Shown piece by piece: positions 14,041 to 26,855 of a stretch of DNA of 64,000 nucleotides. A program made the position numbers and the translations under genes. The notes under the pieces were generated by a model. That model saw nothing but the letters and a program-made list of their open reading frames with translations, was not told the DNA's origin and made no database searches. The stretch's first letter is position 1. Each line of letters opens with the position of its first letter. Origin of the DNA: Chrysomallon squamiferum (lineage: Eukaryota; Animalia; Mollusca); assembly GCA_012295275.1 (NCBI GenBank), contig CM022670.1, positions 14,756,001-14,820,000 on the forward strand, given 5' to 3'.

Positions 14041-14939
14041 AACACAGCTGTATAGCTATTTTTATAGGATTTCTGGGCTTCATTTTTGTTTATTTATTTA
14101 TTCATAATAGGATGACAATTTTTGTTTTAAATTTATATTAGAAAAATATCTCTATACTCTTTCTAATTTTTATATATTTTCAATGCCTGAGTATTATATT
14201 TAATACATTTTTCACGTCGGTAATTTCCACCTTTTAAAAGTCTGATCATTATATGCTGATGTTGCATAATAAGAAATCACTGCCTGTAAAATTGTTAGCT
14301 TTAGTCAAATTTTTAAAATTTAAAGATATTTGTAAATAAAGATGAGTTTTGCATGACACTGTAGCGTGTTAGGGAGAAGAAGAGTTCGAGTGGAAAATTA
14401 TCTTTGTTTATTTCTTACGTTTTTCATTAAATTAGTATTTTCATTTCAGTTTAGTATCTAGTTCACTAGTGCAAACAAAGTTTTTATTTGATTTGATATT
14501 CATTTACTTCTTGTTTTTTTATTTAAGTCTTTTTAGTTTAAATTTTAAATTTTTATTTCTTATATTAAAATAAATAAACACACGCACACACAGGCATGTA
14601 TATATATGTATCTATCTATCTATATTTATATTTAATGCATTATCTTTTAAACTAAAATAATATTACATATTTCCTAAGTAACAATCTTTTAATCAATGGC
14701 TTTTATTTTGCGTGTTACAATCTTATAATTATAGCAGGTATTTTATTTTTATTTTCATTGTTATTCCCTTTTGAAATTATTTTCTAAAATCTGTTACCAA
14801 AACAATACATTTGGCATCTTTCAGAGAGGAAACAGTATTTTTTCTTGTTGTTTTATTTTATTATTTTTCTTTTCTTTTATTATTTTTGTTTTATTTTATT
14901 TTATTTTATTTTATTTATTATTATCATAAAAAGAATATT

Positions 14940-14970
14940 TATTATTTACTCATTTATTTATTTATTTATT

Positions 14971-15043
<73 letters not shown>
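14940..15043. repeat. (ATTT)n/(ATT)n microsatellite; similar tracts at 18838-18903, 19353-19399, 55348-55403
   Basis: Direct reading. Confidence 0.9.
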
Positions 15044-15310
15044 GAACAACAAGTAATTTTTCTGAAGGTCAGGGACAATTGCATATTGGTTTACAAATCA
15101 AAATATATTTATTTTCTCGACATATATTTTTTACTTACATATGTATTTTCTTAATAATTTCTATTTTCTAAACTGTGGTGCATGGGTTGATATAATGCTT
15201 TAAAATTTTAATTGTTTCACAAACCACTAATGACAATACATCTATACTATTATCATGCACATTTATCTTTTAATTAAATAAAATAAAATATATTTAAAAG
15301 TTCATGTTTG

Positions 15311-15342
<32 letters not shown>

Positions 15343-15789
15343 CATTTGCGTATTAAGATTTTTACCTTAATATTTGTTCTTTCTTTTATTAGCAACTAGA
15401 ATTTAGGTGAAAAAAATAAGCTCTGTTTTTCATTTTAGTCATTCATGGGGACTTTAAAAAAGAAAAAATATATATATATATTCGTGGTTTGTTATTGTTA
15501 TACTACTCTGCTCACCATTAAAGTTGTATGGTATCATACCTTGCATGTTAAACTGATGCCAATTTTTCAAAAGAAAAAAAAAAGTATGATTGATTACACT
15601 GAATATAATGAAAACCATACATAAGATCACAGCAAATTTTATAGTTTTCAAATAAATGATAAATGTGATACATGGGTACCAAGCAAAAGTCAAAGAACAT
15701 TTATGTTTTTTTAATCATCTTTATTTATTGCGTTCGTTTCTTATTTCGTTCTTTATTCGTTGTTTTATTCAATATAATTTAAATGAAAA

Positions 15790-16185
15790 AGTGTTTACGC
15801 TGAACCTCACACATTTAGCACGCATGGATACAGTACGTTATAGAACTAACGTCAACCTGAGTTACTCAAACGGTCCCCTTGATTTGGATCTACCTGAACC
15901 GTGGTTTGTTACGAACGAAACCAAGGGAGGGGCTTATTACTATCTGACGCCCGATGTAGTTTTCTTCAGCAATCTGATTGGCTGAAATAAATAAAAGAAT
16001 GTGTAGGCTGTCTCATGCAAATAGGTGTTCCGGAAGTAACTGTGAGAGGTCGTGCGTAATGCGATGCGTGTTATGTCAAATGGATAGGTATGGCACTGGT
16101 GGTAGCTTTCTCAAAGTCTTTGTGTTGAGAAGACAGGGAGTACTTTCTCTCTGCAGCAGATCTCTGTGAAAGTTCGCACCCGAAC
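15790..16185 (+). promoter_or_regulatory. Putative promoter/5' UTR of the FREM2-like gene; near-identical copy at ~43060-43461
   Basis: CpG-richer than its surroundings, with reverse CCAAT (attgg 15977-15981) and ETS-like ccggaagt (16030-16037), directly upstream of the first exon. Confidence 0.55.
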
Positions 16186-17173
16186 ATGCTGGCCAGGCGT
16201 AGAAAAGTTTATCATCGTCAGAGGCAAGTCTTTCACCAAGTGATATTTTACGAGAAAATCGTGGGATAACGGTACCGTTGGGGAGATCTGTTTATGTCAC
16301 TCCCAATGATCTCCTGATTCACGTGCGACAAGGCGACGTGTGCGTAGTTTCAGTACAGGAAAACGACCCGCTGTCAGAGAGACCAGGTAAACTGATGCCA
16401 TCGCATTTTCCTTGCGACTTTGATCTCCAAGATGTGAAATATTCTCACTTCGGATCACGCAACCCGCCGGAAGATAGAATACGTTTGCAAATTCGATACG
16501 ATACACCCAGCGAGACGATTATAATTCCTTTCACGATTAAAGTCGAAGTGTCGTTCGTGCAACTGGAAATTGTGACGCGAAACATGACGATTGAAGTGCC
16601 ACAGCTGATGGGAGTTAGTCAGCCGATTGACGGGTCTGTATAGGAATTTAATTATGATCGAGACACTTTTGACTGCAAGGTTATGGTCTGAGCAAAGCAA
16701 GTGGTCTGCCAAGATACGGTGTCGTCGCTAACGAAACGTCCCAGCTGCAGATGGTGGACTGTGACAGGTTTCTAGATATGGGAGTGCGTTACAAACACAC
16801 TGCAGAAACAGACTCGCCTGACAGAGATTTCCTGCCTTTAGTTGTCGAAGTGATGGGACATGACGACAAAATCTACAAACAAGAATATTTCCAGATAATG
16901 GCAAGAATTAAAGGTGGTATTGAAAACACTCGCCCACAACCAAGTTACCAGGCAATGTTAGTGATGGAATGGATCAGTTCCAAATGACTTCCATTACAAG
17001 TGAAATACTAGCAGCAGAATATTTTTAACATAACAACACCTCTAGGAACTGGTGAGGGACACGTAGTCAGCACTGATGACATGAATAAAACCATCAGCTC
17101 ATTTTACCAAGGAGATGTATAAGATTTGAAAATTGCTTACAAACCTCCACCTGAAGATTCTGATGTTCAGAGG
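16186..17173 (+). pseudogene. FREM2: Disabled first large exon of a FREM2/ECM3-like (FRAS1-related extracellular matrix) gene: N-terminal region plus start of first CSPG repeat
   Basis: NRGITVPLGRSV...RPGKLMPSHFPCDF...VKYSHFGSR...QLEIVTRN...LPRYG...GVRYKHTA...IKGGIENTRPQPS...VSTDD...LKIAYKPPPEDSD resembles vertebrate FREM2 as recalled. Lesions: signal-peptide deletion at ~16210, TAG 16641-16643, frameshifts ~16688 and ~16970, deletion ~17019, TAA 17120-17122. Donor agg|gtaatt at 17173; no further exons seen. Confidence 0.88.
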
Positions 17174-17349
17174 GTAATTGTATATAATCAAAAACACCTA
17201 ATTGTTTTATTTGCTAATGTCAAAATTACTGTTTCGGGTATTGTTGCTTTTGTCCCTGATAATATATGTGTACTATATCTACATTGCATTAGACAATTAT
17301 TTATGTATTTTCAAAACCTTAGCCTTACATACGTATTACATGTATAATG

Positions 17350-17845
17350 TGTTAGACTGTGATCTCTGTATTACATGGATAATACGTTAGACTGATATCT
17401 CTGTATTACATGGACAATACGTTAGACTGATATCTCTGTATTACATGGACAATACGTTAGACTGATATCTATGTATTACATGGACAATACGTTAGACTGA
17501 TATCTCTGTATTACATGGACAATACGTTAGACTGATATCTATGTATTACATGGACAATACGTTAGACTGATATCTATGTATTACATGGACAATACGTTAG
17601 AGACTGATATCTCTGTATTACATGGACAATACGTTAGACTTACATTAGACTGATATCTCTGTATTACATGGACAATACGTTAGACTGATATCTCTGTATT
17701 ACATGGACAATACGTTAGACTGATATCTATGTATTACATGGGCAATACATTAGACTGATATCTCTGTATTACATGTACAATACGTTAGACTGGTATCTGT
17801 GTATGTAATACACAACACGGTATTACATGTCAATAAGTTAGACTG
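17350..17845 (+). repeat. 35-bp minisatellite (~14 units)
   Basis: Unit ttagactgatatctctgtattacatggacaatacg; period 35 (17401 vs 17436). Confidence 0.93.
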
Positions 17846-18836
17846 CTGAGTCTGTTTTGATATATATATCGTTTTGCTACTTTATGTACATTTATGTCCA
17901 TTATATTCATTATTAGCATTATTTGTTTTTGATTTTGTTTTTGTTTTTTGACACAGATATTTTTTTATTTTTTTTTTTTTTTTTTTTACATTCAATTTGT
18001 TATTTTTATTTAATCTTATCTTTTCGTATTTATTTGCGTGTGGGTGTAATTTTATTTATTTATTTATTTATTTATTTATTTGTTTGTTTGTTTGTTTGTT
18101 TGTTTGTTTGTTTCATACATTTTTATCCAAATGCATTTTGAATGGTTTGTCTATAAAAAATATTCTTGTTGATTTGTTAATAACCGTAAGTGTACATAAC
18201 TGAAAATAAAGTGATGTATACTGAGTTTTTAATTTGTTTCTTTCAGAAGAAAAAAAAGAAGCTTATTGACAAAAATTCTTGTTAGTCTGTATATCACAAT
18301 ACAACATATTTTATATTGTTTCTGATTAACTGACACAGTTGTTCCATATAGCTCTCATATATTGTCATAGTTGTTCTTTTTCTTCTGATTATTATTATTA
18401 ATCTGATATTAATCTGAGTTTAATCTGAGTTTCTGAGTATGATTTGTAAATAGTATTACCGTCAAATCAAAGAACTGCTACACAAATTCTGCTTGAGTGT
18501 CAGAATCTTTCCAGATGGTTGTTGTTTTCTTCAGGATCAGAAAAGAATACAGAAAGACGTGGTTCAGTATGGTTTTATTTTTATTGTGTATTTTATAAAT
18601 ATATTTGTAATATGAAGATGACAGTCAGTCGAGTTTTTAACCTTTGACCCTATAAGAATATTTTCAAACAGCTGGTAGTTTTCACTATAGTTAGCAACCA
18701 CAGTTTCATTGTATCAGTACTGAATGTAGAAATAATACATATTTTTGTAGACTTTTTGTTTCTGACAACCAATGACAGAGACAATATTAACAGCATAAAG
18801 GATATTTTCCACTTTTATAGAATCACCAGTTCAAAC

Positions 18837-18903
<67 letters not shown>

Positions 18904-19352
18904 CAAATTGATGGTAGTGATAATAATAAATAGCATAACAATAACGATGATGATGATCATGATGATGATAAATTAATAAATAAACAAAAAGAAATAAAAA
19001 CTAAATCATTGGAAAATTGCCATACCCTTAATCTTTCACTGCTGCTTGTTTTTACATTAGAATTACAAAATTACATGTGATCTTCCAACTAATTTCATCT
19101 GCTTATTTTGCTACCATTTCTGATTAGCAATTATTTACTATTTAAAAATCGTTATAAAACATTTCCTTGCAAATATAAAAAATTAAATAATGGTTGTGGT
19201 ACCAAAACGAAATGAAAAATATTCACTACAAACAAAATAGTCATAAATTTCCAACAATAACTATTTTACCAGCTATGAGAACCAGTGAATACACAATCAT
19301 TTTCTTATACTGAATTGTGTACAAGTTTATAATTAAAGGGTGTAATTATATG

Positions 19353-19403
<51 letters not shown>

Positions 19404-20029
19404 GTGTACAGTTTTAAATTTTAGCATTATTTTTACAAACAATTACAGTAACTAAGATTTTCTTCTCACCTAATTACACATAATCCTCTCTTACTGATGT
19501 AGAATACTGATGCGGTTAAGTATGGATTTACAGGATTTTGTTTTTCATACAGTGGATTACTGCTAGAAAATCATTATTGGAAATCTTTTCTGAAATGCAA
19601 GACAGCTTTGGCAAGCTGAAAAATAAATATGGATTTAGTCTTTTTACCTGACAATGTGTTATTATTAATAATAAAAATACTACGGATTTGTGAAAATATT
19701 GTTACAAATATTACTCACATCTTGTATAATTTAATTTTGCCTTTTATTTCTTTAACAGTATTATTTAATTTTGCCTTATATTTCTTTTATTGTATTATTT
19801 AATTTTGCCTTATATTTCTTTTTAGCATTACTCAATTTGGCAAAATCAACAACAAAAAGATAAGCTTCAAGAGAACTTTAGTATTTGGTATTCTATAGCG
19901 TGTTGTGCAATTATTCTTAATATGGCTCATGAGATACATATTTTTCTGTTGGTCTAAACACATTTCTCTGTTTTATTTACGGATCGGGATAAGTTGAATA
20001 ATTAGATCATTGTTTTTCATATGAGTAAG

Positions 20030-20300
20030 AGAGCTGGAAATAGAGTTTTGTGATAGAGCATCTGCTAAAGATCTGGTTTATTATCAGTTGAATCCTTCTT
20101 GATGGACCCACCAAGTCATTTCTTGTTCAAACCAATGCTGTTTTTCTTCACAAAGGTCATGGTATCCTGACTGTGGGGTGGTTGATATAAAACATCCTTA
20201 ACGCTAATTGAAAAGAGCAGTACATAAAGTGACAGAGTGGGTTTTCTCTTTATCTGAATGGTACAAATATGTGATATGACATAACAACAAATACAATTAT
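20030..20300 (+). mobile_element. Possible old, degenerate tRNA-derived SINE
   Basis: Segments caaaggtcatggtatcctgactgtggggtggttgatataaaacatcctta, ctaattgaaaagagcag and gtgggttttctct resemble, from memory, an abundant gastropod SINE body. Needs a Dfam/RepeatMasker check. Confidence 0.35.
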
Positions 20301-21162
20301 TTTTCTTTCTTTTCTGTCTGATGCAACTGAACATCTTGCTGATTACTCATAACTTGTTGTTTCTGTCAGTATAAAATATATGAAATGAAGCAGTGAAGAT
20401 CAATTCCGAGTTTGCTGTGATGTGATTATTACAGTAAGAAATGAATGAGAAAAAAACAAAACAGTAATTACTTATTCATGACAGTTTCAATACAGTTTAT
20501 TATTTACAAAAATAGGTTACATTAAATGATATTAAATCCTGATTTTTTTATGCATTCTGAACTGTTAAGAATGTTACTCATAAGAAGTATTAAAAATGAA
20601 ACATATAACAATTTTATCACTGTGTGACACTATAACTATACTGATTACCAAAATTCTAAATCTTTCCTTGCAAAAACTGGATACATCCATTCAAAATTTT
20701 ATTACTGTTAATTGCAGAAAGTGGATTTACTCCATATCCTTAAAAAAAAACTTCTTGTTGTACTGCAAAAAAACAGAAACACTGCCCAAGACTCACAAAC
20801 TTCACATCATCCCTCTGAGTGCTGCCATCTGTGGTACTGCTGAATTTCTGGGAGCTGTTTATGATCATTCAGCAGTGAAAGGGTTAAAGTTGTCTATTTT
20901 ACACTGTTCTGAGGTAAAGGTGTCTAACATTATATAAAATTGTATAAAAGTATTTAATATGCAAGCTTTGACTGCAATGTTTTCTTCTGTAGCGTTGTTT
21001 TGCCACTGTTTTTGACTGAAACAAAAACAGTAACACAGTAAAAATGTTAAATAATAAATTAATAAGACTTTCAGATGTAATAAAGAACTGGCATTTTAAA
21101 TTCTACGAATTTGTCGAGAAAAATTAGAGTACTGTTGTGAAAATAAAAGGGAGGTTACTCAC

Positions 21163-22234
21163 GTGGTACACATTTTGGAAGTGCAGTGCTACTCCACTGT
21201 TGGTTGGCTTTGCATCTTGTAACCCTGCGACCAATCATCCTGAAGCCACGATTACAGACATAGGCACAACGTGTCCGAAATGGAACAGTGTCCGAAAGGC
21301 AAGCAATTGGACGAATCTGTCCATTAGCCGGTTGATGTAAACCTTTGCACCTCAGTGCTGTTTTAAAACAAACAAACCTGATTAAAATATACATTATACA
21401 TTTTAAATCATCCGTAAGCCAAATACAATAAGTATTTGCCTGGTTTTAATTCAGAAGATTATATTTATATTTTAAGGAGATTAAGATTGGACTATGATTC
21501 AACAGAAGAATGAATGTATTCCATCTCTTAGAAATAAGTTTGCTTATAAAAGCAGATTACAGTAGCCTAAATTTATAGAGAACACATTAGAATTGTTTCA
21601 GTTATTTTCTGAAATAAGTTAATTTATATTTTCTTTACTGATGAGAAGAAAGAAGAAGGGAATCACATTAATAAATTTAGTTATTTCACAAAAAATTAAT
21701 CTTTTTGTCAACTCATTACAGTTTTAGTATCTATTAGTTTTTTCTAAATTATTCAGGACTTTAGTCATTGCAATTTTTCTTTTTTACACAACCTTTAAGG
21801 ATTTTCTTGATTACAGTAAGTTTGAGAAAGTATGTTATACAGTACTAACCAACACATTTTACATCTTTACCACTCCACGTCCCATTATCCTGACACACCC
21901 GATACTGCTGTCCCTGTAGGTGAAAACCTCTAGAACACCGATAGGAGCAGAGAATCCCTCTCGTCAACTGAACAGACGACTTAGAGTAACACGCCCTTGG
22001 GTATATCTGACCAAACTGAACTCTTTTCAGTGGTGCACAAAATTTCTCTGAAAAAAACGAAAAATACATCTCACTAAAATTTATTTACAAACATATTTTT
22101 AACCAATACTTCCTCAAAATAAATAGAATATTATCTTTAAGGAATTTATAAGTAATTTGCAAAACTTCAGCAAGAGAAATGGGTCACTGATGGATAGAAT
22201 CGGAGGACTATTTTATCTATTAATATTTTAACGT

Positions 22235-22271
<37 letters not shown>

Positions 22272-23389
22272 CAGTAATTTACTGACCGCAGATACATTTA
22301 TAATAGCATCAGTACTGGGGTCCCTGAATTCAATATCTTACAATACAGACCATTTGTAATCAAACAGAAATGATTTTTGTCCTCAACAAAACAAAGAACA
22401 ATTTCAGCAATATTTTAGAAAGTGGCTAATATTTTTACTGTCATTTTAAACCACATGAACAATAAGTTAATTTTTAAATAAACTACTGCATGATTTAGGC
22501 TAATTACATGAGAATACTTGACCACTGTATAGCCTGCTATTTGTTTAGTCAACAGATGTGCCATTATTTGCATATATAGTATAAAAAAAAAAATAATTTA
22601 GTAGTGTTTGTGACTCACTTTTACAAGTTTTTCTGTCATCAAGCAGTGTAAATGGAGGCCTGCATGAACAGGAAAAACCTCCTTCATAGTTGTTTCAGAT
22701 TTGACACAGCCTCCATTGTCCACTGAACACTCATCATAATCTGTTAGAAAGTGTTAAATCAGTGTCTTATGGTTTCAATTATAGGTATTTAACCAGGTTT
22801 GGATATCTACAAATCTCATCATTTTAAATTTCTTTGTTTCAATTACAGGTATTTAACCAGGTTTGGATATCAGCAAATCTCATCATTTCAAAACTTTATT
22901 TCATTATTTTCATCACTTATTTAACCTTATAGGTAACATTATTATATTGTATATTAACAAGTCTCAACATTTTAAAACTTTATTTTATTGTTTTCAGCTT
23001 ATTTTAATTCAGATCTGAATTACTTTACCTCATTTTAGAATTAAAACAGTTTCATTAAGTTGTCAATATCTATTTATATTATTTGGATTATCAACAAAGA
23101 CACCAAAATTAAAATTTTTACAAAATAACAATTACTTGGCTAATGTACAGTATTACAGCACAAAAATCAAAAATACAAAAAACAAACAAGATATTTTAAA
23201 GTGGACAAAATCACAGTGCAATAAAAACTATTTCAAACAGTAATGAATTGATTATCAAAAATATTTCAAACTTACCTACATATTTTCCTTTGCGCTGGAC
23301 ATAGCCAATAGGACATTCACACCTGTATGAGCCAGGTAAATTGTAACACTTGCCTCTGCATACCCCTGGCATCAAACACTCATCAATAT
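21163..23389 (-). pseudogene. Fragment of a modular extracellular protein gene: two calcium-binding EGF exons and two sushi/CCP exons
   Basis: Phase 1-1 exons: 23276-23389 ([30 protein letters not shown], last Cys replaced by Tyr); 22619-22740 (DYDECSVDNGGC..., 122 nt with 1-nt deletion and TGA at a Cys); 21850-22047 (CAPLK...CSYRCSRGF...CQDNGTWSGKDVKC); 21163-21357 (CKGL...CAYVCNRGF...CKANQQWSSTALPKC). No start or terminal exon found. Confidence 0.85.
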
Positions 23390-24606
23390 CTGAAGCAAAG
23401 AAGTTAGTTTATCAAACACTGTATACAAAGCAAAAACAACTTGTGGTGTAAAAACCCACACAGAAGTCAATTACAATAACAGATATTACTTATACAGTTA
23501 AAACTACTTCCAAGAGAAAAAACAACAACACAGAAATCAATTTACAGATGTTATTATACCCACAATTAAAACTCTTTATCATGTACTCTTTCTCGTTCAT
23601 GCATATTCTAATGCTATAGAATAATAACAAAATAAATGCAGTCGGCTTAAGGCACATTCTGTATCTACTGAGAAAACTGTTAGTTCGGAAGTGCTTGAGT
23701 TGCAGAAATGAAAATTACTTAAGCATTAATGCAGTAGTAGTTGGTTGTAGTTTCTCATATTTATTCAGAATTAAATAAAGAAACAAATACAGCATTAGAT
23801 AAAACCATTTCGGGCCCCTAAAACTTTTACAGCTGTTTCCAAAATTTCGTGCACATATCTAAATGTGAAAATGTCTTTTGTTACTGAAAGAAAACCCGCC
23901 GTTTATTCTTTCTGAAATTGGTAATTGTTAATAAGGTCAAAATACATTTTTATATTTGCTTCCAGTTACGAAATCGTCGCAGCAGTTAAATCCTAGTGGG
24001 TTAGCGGGTTTCTTAACTAACCTTTCTCGCCCGATATTGCTATAGACAAAACTTCAATACTTCGACAGCGTGCGATAGACAAGTCATAGTTTTTCTTTAT
24101 TATTACTATTATTATTATTACTTTTTTCTCTTCTTTTTTTTAAACATAAGAAAATAGTGTTAACAATATCAGAATATTCGTTTTTCCTGTGATTTGCTTT
24201 ATACATTAGAGTCACATTCTTTCGTGGTCCACTGCATTTGTGCTGTTGAATTTGTACTTGATTGAAAGTACCAATTAAAGTAGAAATGAATTAATTTTGT
24301 TTGTTACTTTTTGTTTTGTTTTTTACATGCGATAATTATCGAATGAAACAAGAACAACAACAACAAACAAAAATACAACAATAACCAGAAAACAAATACA
24401 AATAACAACAATGGAATCGTTTGAGAAATAAAGAAAAAACTTTCACATTTTCTCTTTTTATAATGTTCATGGATCAGTAATACACTGGATGTTGATTACA
24501 GAATGACATGTTACAATGATATTCAAATTCAGAATTAAGAATTTAAAAAAAAAAAATAAATAAACCAAACAAACAACAAACAAATAAATAAATGCATTTT
24601 AAACAT

Positions 24607-24654
<48 letters not shown>

Positions 24655-24733
24655 AATAAATAAATAAAAACATGAATTTATTTATAAGTATCATTCGGTC
24701 GTGAAAGGTGCGATGCGTGACTCTGCGTGACTC

Positions 24734-24745
24734 TGCGCATGCGCA
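24734..24745. promoter_or_regulatory. NRF1-type palindrome TGCGCATGCGCA ~2.1 kb upstream of LOX-B (GCGCATGCGCA at 56652-56662 upstream of LOX-C)
   Basis: Perfect match to the NRF1/ewg consensus within a CpG-richer patch retained in both units. Confidence 0.55.
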
Positions 24746-25404
24746 ACAAGAACAGGACATAAAATTACCGCCTTTAATTACAAACGACCATTCCAGCGAC
24801 AGTGACTAAGTTCATGTTGTTTCAATCTTTACATGAAAATAATCCTCGTTTTTGTTCATATAGCCTCTATATAGATATGATGGACGAATGTACAGGTGTC
24901 CGTAGCTGGGTATATAAAGTTTCAAAACGATCAAGCTTATTTCAGTATCATATTCAGTTTTAGATGATTAGCCAAATGTTAAATAAATTAATAATCTCAA
25001 ATATAAATCCTATCTATAGACCTTTCTCCAACCAATAAGACAGTAAGAAAATATTCTGACGTTTTCTTGATCTTAAAGAATTTGAAGTGTATGCGCATAT
25101 ACAAGTTACACAATTACAACCACTTACATCACTATTTTACATTTAGAAACTCGCACGCACGCAGTTTGACGTATTGTGAAATTTTACTTGATAATAACTT
25201 GTTTTATTATTCAAATACATCGTCGTTGAGGACCGAGAATTTATCAATATATAGCAGCAATCGGGATAACTGCGAGACTAGAGGAGGAGAAATGGGAACA
25301 ACCAGAATGATATAAACAAACACAGAACAATCGGTCTCTAAATCATTCGAACATTGGCGACATTTTTTTAGTTTGTTTTGTCGAGAGCATAATGTTAGGA
25401 GCAC

Positions 25405-25447
25405 TGCGATTGGTCCAAATTAGAAATCGCGCTATTTATAATAGGAC
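25405..25447 (+). promoter_or_regulatory. Candidate LOX core promoter: reverse CCAAT plus TATA-like tatttataa (copy at ~57912-57955)
   Basis: gcgattggtccaaattagaaatcgcgctatttataa is conserved in both units. A splice-acceptor-like tttcttgcag 30 nt before the ATG suggests an upstream non-coding exon. Confidence 0.4.
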
Positions 25448-26760
25448 ACAGCAACCAAACCTGTAACTGACAATTTAACACGAATAATAAACCGCGCTCA
25501 CATAAAGAGTAATAAAGAATAATACCAACAATAATGATAATATAATAATAATAATAACAACGACGACAGTAATAATAGAAAAATAAATCTTTTCTTTTTC
25601 ATTTATTTATGGACTGTCGCTTTCTGACAGACAATAAATCATTCGAGTACGATCGTGATCGAGACGACTAGAGAACTGATTTCACCTTTTGAAGAGCTCT
25701 AATTTGGACAATGTGAAAACGTAAATCAGGTTCGGTTTTCCAGGTGATACAAATACATCCATATATCATCACTGGCTGTTTGTTGTTTTTTTTTTTTTTT
25801 TTTTTGTTCTTTGTTTTTTCTTCTTCTTCCCCAGCTGATAATTATTTTATCATATAATGATTATATATTTAAGGTATCGTTTTTCCCAAACATAATTATA
25901 TCATACTTTCCTATTTCTGTTTTTGGTTTAAATCTATTTATACTTTTTTTTTCTTCAAAACTTGATATTCTCTTAGTTTAAGGAAGAAATTGCGCCATAA
26001 AGCATTACGTGATTCTCCAGTGAAATGTTACTTACTAGTCATGGCAAAGCAGACTCAACGGTACCACGTTTTTCCCATGACTAGTCAATAAATAGTTTTC
26101 TCATCCTTCTTCTGTAGAATGTATTAATTTTTTTTTATTATATGTGATTTTCAGTATAAAAATACTAAACGATAAAAGTTTTCACCGTTCTAAATCACAT
26201 TCTAGGTTTCACGTCGGAAACTGGTACACGCACACTCTGGCCAGTTTCTCGAAAGGTGGGGGATTGTCTCTTTTATCACATTGGTGTGTTTGCTGTCAAC
26301 AACAACAACAACAACAACAATAACAACAATAATAATAATAATAAAATAATAATAATAATAATAATAACAATAATTTTTAAAAATCACTAAAGAGAAGAGA
26401 TGGAACTAAATTTAACTTCGTATTTCCTGTATGAGAAACGAAAATATTCATGTGTGTCAAAAGAAAATTATATTATTTCCTAACGTTTTCGAATGGAAAG
26501 AAAAGATAAACATTCATCCTCTTTTTAATGTTCACACCTTTACTTATTTCCTTAATTTTCTCACTGTTTCTAATCCCCATTCATATGACTGATGTGGGTA
26601 TTCGTGTATAGGTGGGTTTGTATAGGTCTTGTTGACACTATCCATTACTTGAACAATATTTTCTCGTAATAATAACCAAAATGAACGGAATAACACTGGA
26701 ATACGTAAATCATATTAGTTAGGTCAGATATTAATTATTAAGTGCATGTAGTTTTGTCGG

Positions 26761-26786
26761 TACGTGACTGCCAATTGTCACGTGGC
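26761..26786. promoter_or_regulatory. E-box gtCACGTGg with adjacent tacgtgac, ~75 bp upstream of the LOX ATG (copy at 59434-59459)
   Basis: Motif match conserved in both units; function untested. Confidence 0.35.
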
Positions 26787-26855
26787 TACCAAATATTTAC
26801 ATCGATGAATTAGTGTTTCTTGCAGCAGTACTGGCTGATCTGTGCTGTCGTCAAG

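Noticed and set aside
13030-14083. Long overlapping hydrophobic minus-strand ORFs (up to 258 aa), also at 40769-41415
   Set aside because: They are translations of the 28-bp minisatellite in several frames, with no domain content.
15978-16169. 63-aa Cys/Arg-rich ORF repeated at 43254-43445
   Set aside because: It starts at TTG within the CCAAT region. Its conservation is explained by the duplicated promoter, and no domain is recognisable.
17350-17845. 35-bp and 28-bp repeat arrays as a CRISPR-like locus
   Set aside because: Units are head-to-tail with no unique spacers, there are no cas genes, and the context is eukaryotic.
20116-20334. Minus-strand ORF as a further exon of the EGF/sushi gene
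   Set aside because: No Cys pattern or domain signature. The region fits a degenerate repeat better and is deleted in unit 2.
24100-26855. Catalase-like allene oxide synthase domain fused upstream of LOX, as in coral AOS-LOX
   Set aside because: No catalase-like exons seen upstream of B or C. C has an in-frame TGA between the acceptor-like site and its ATG.
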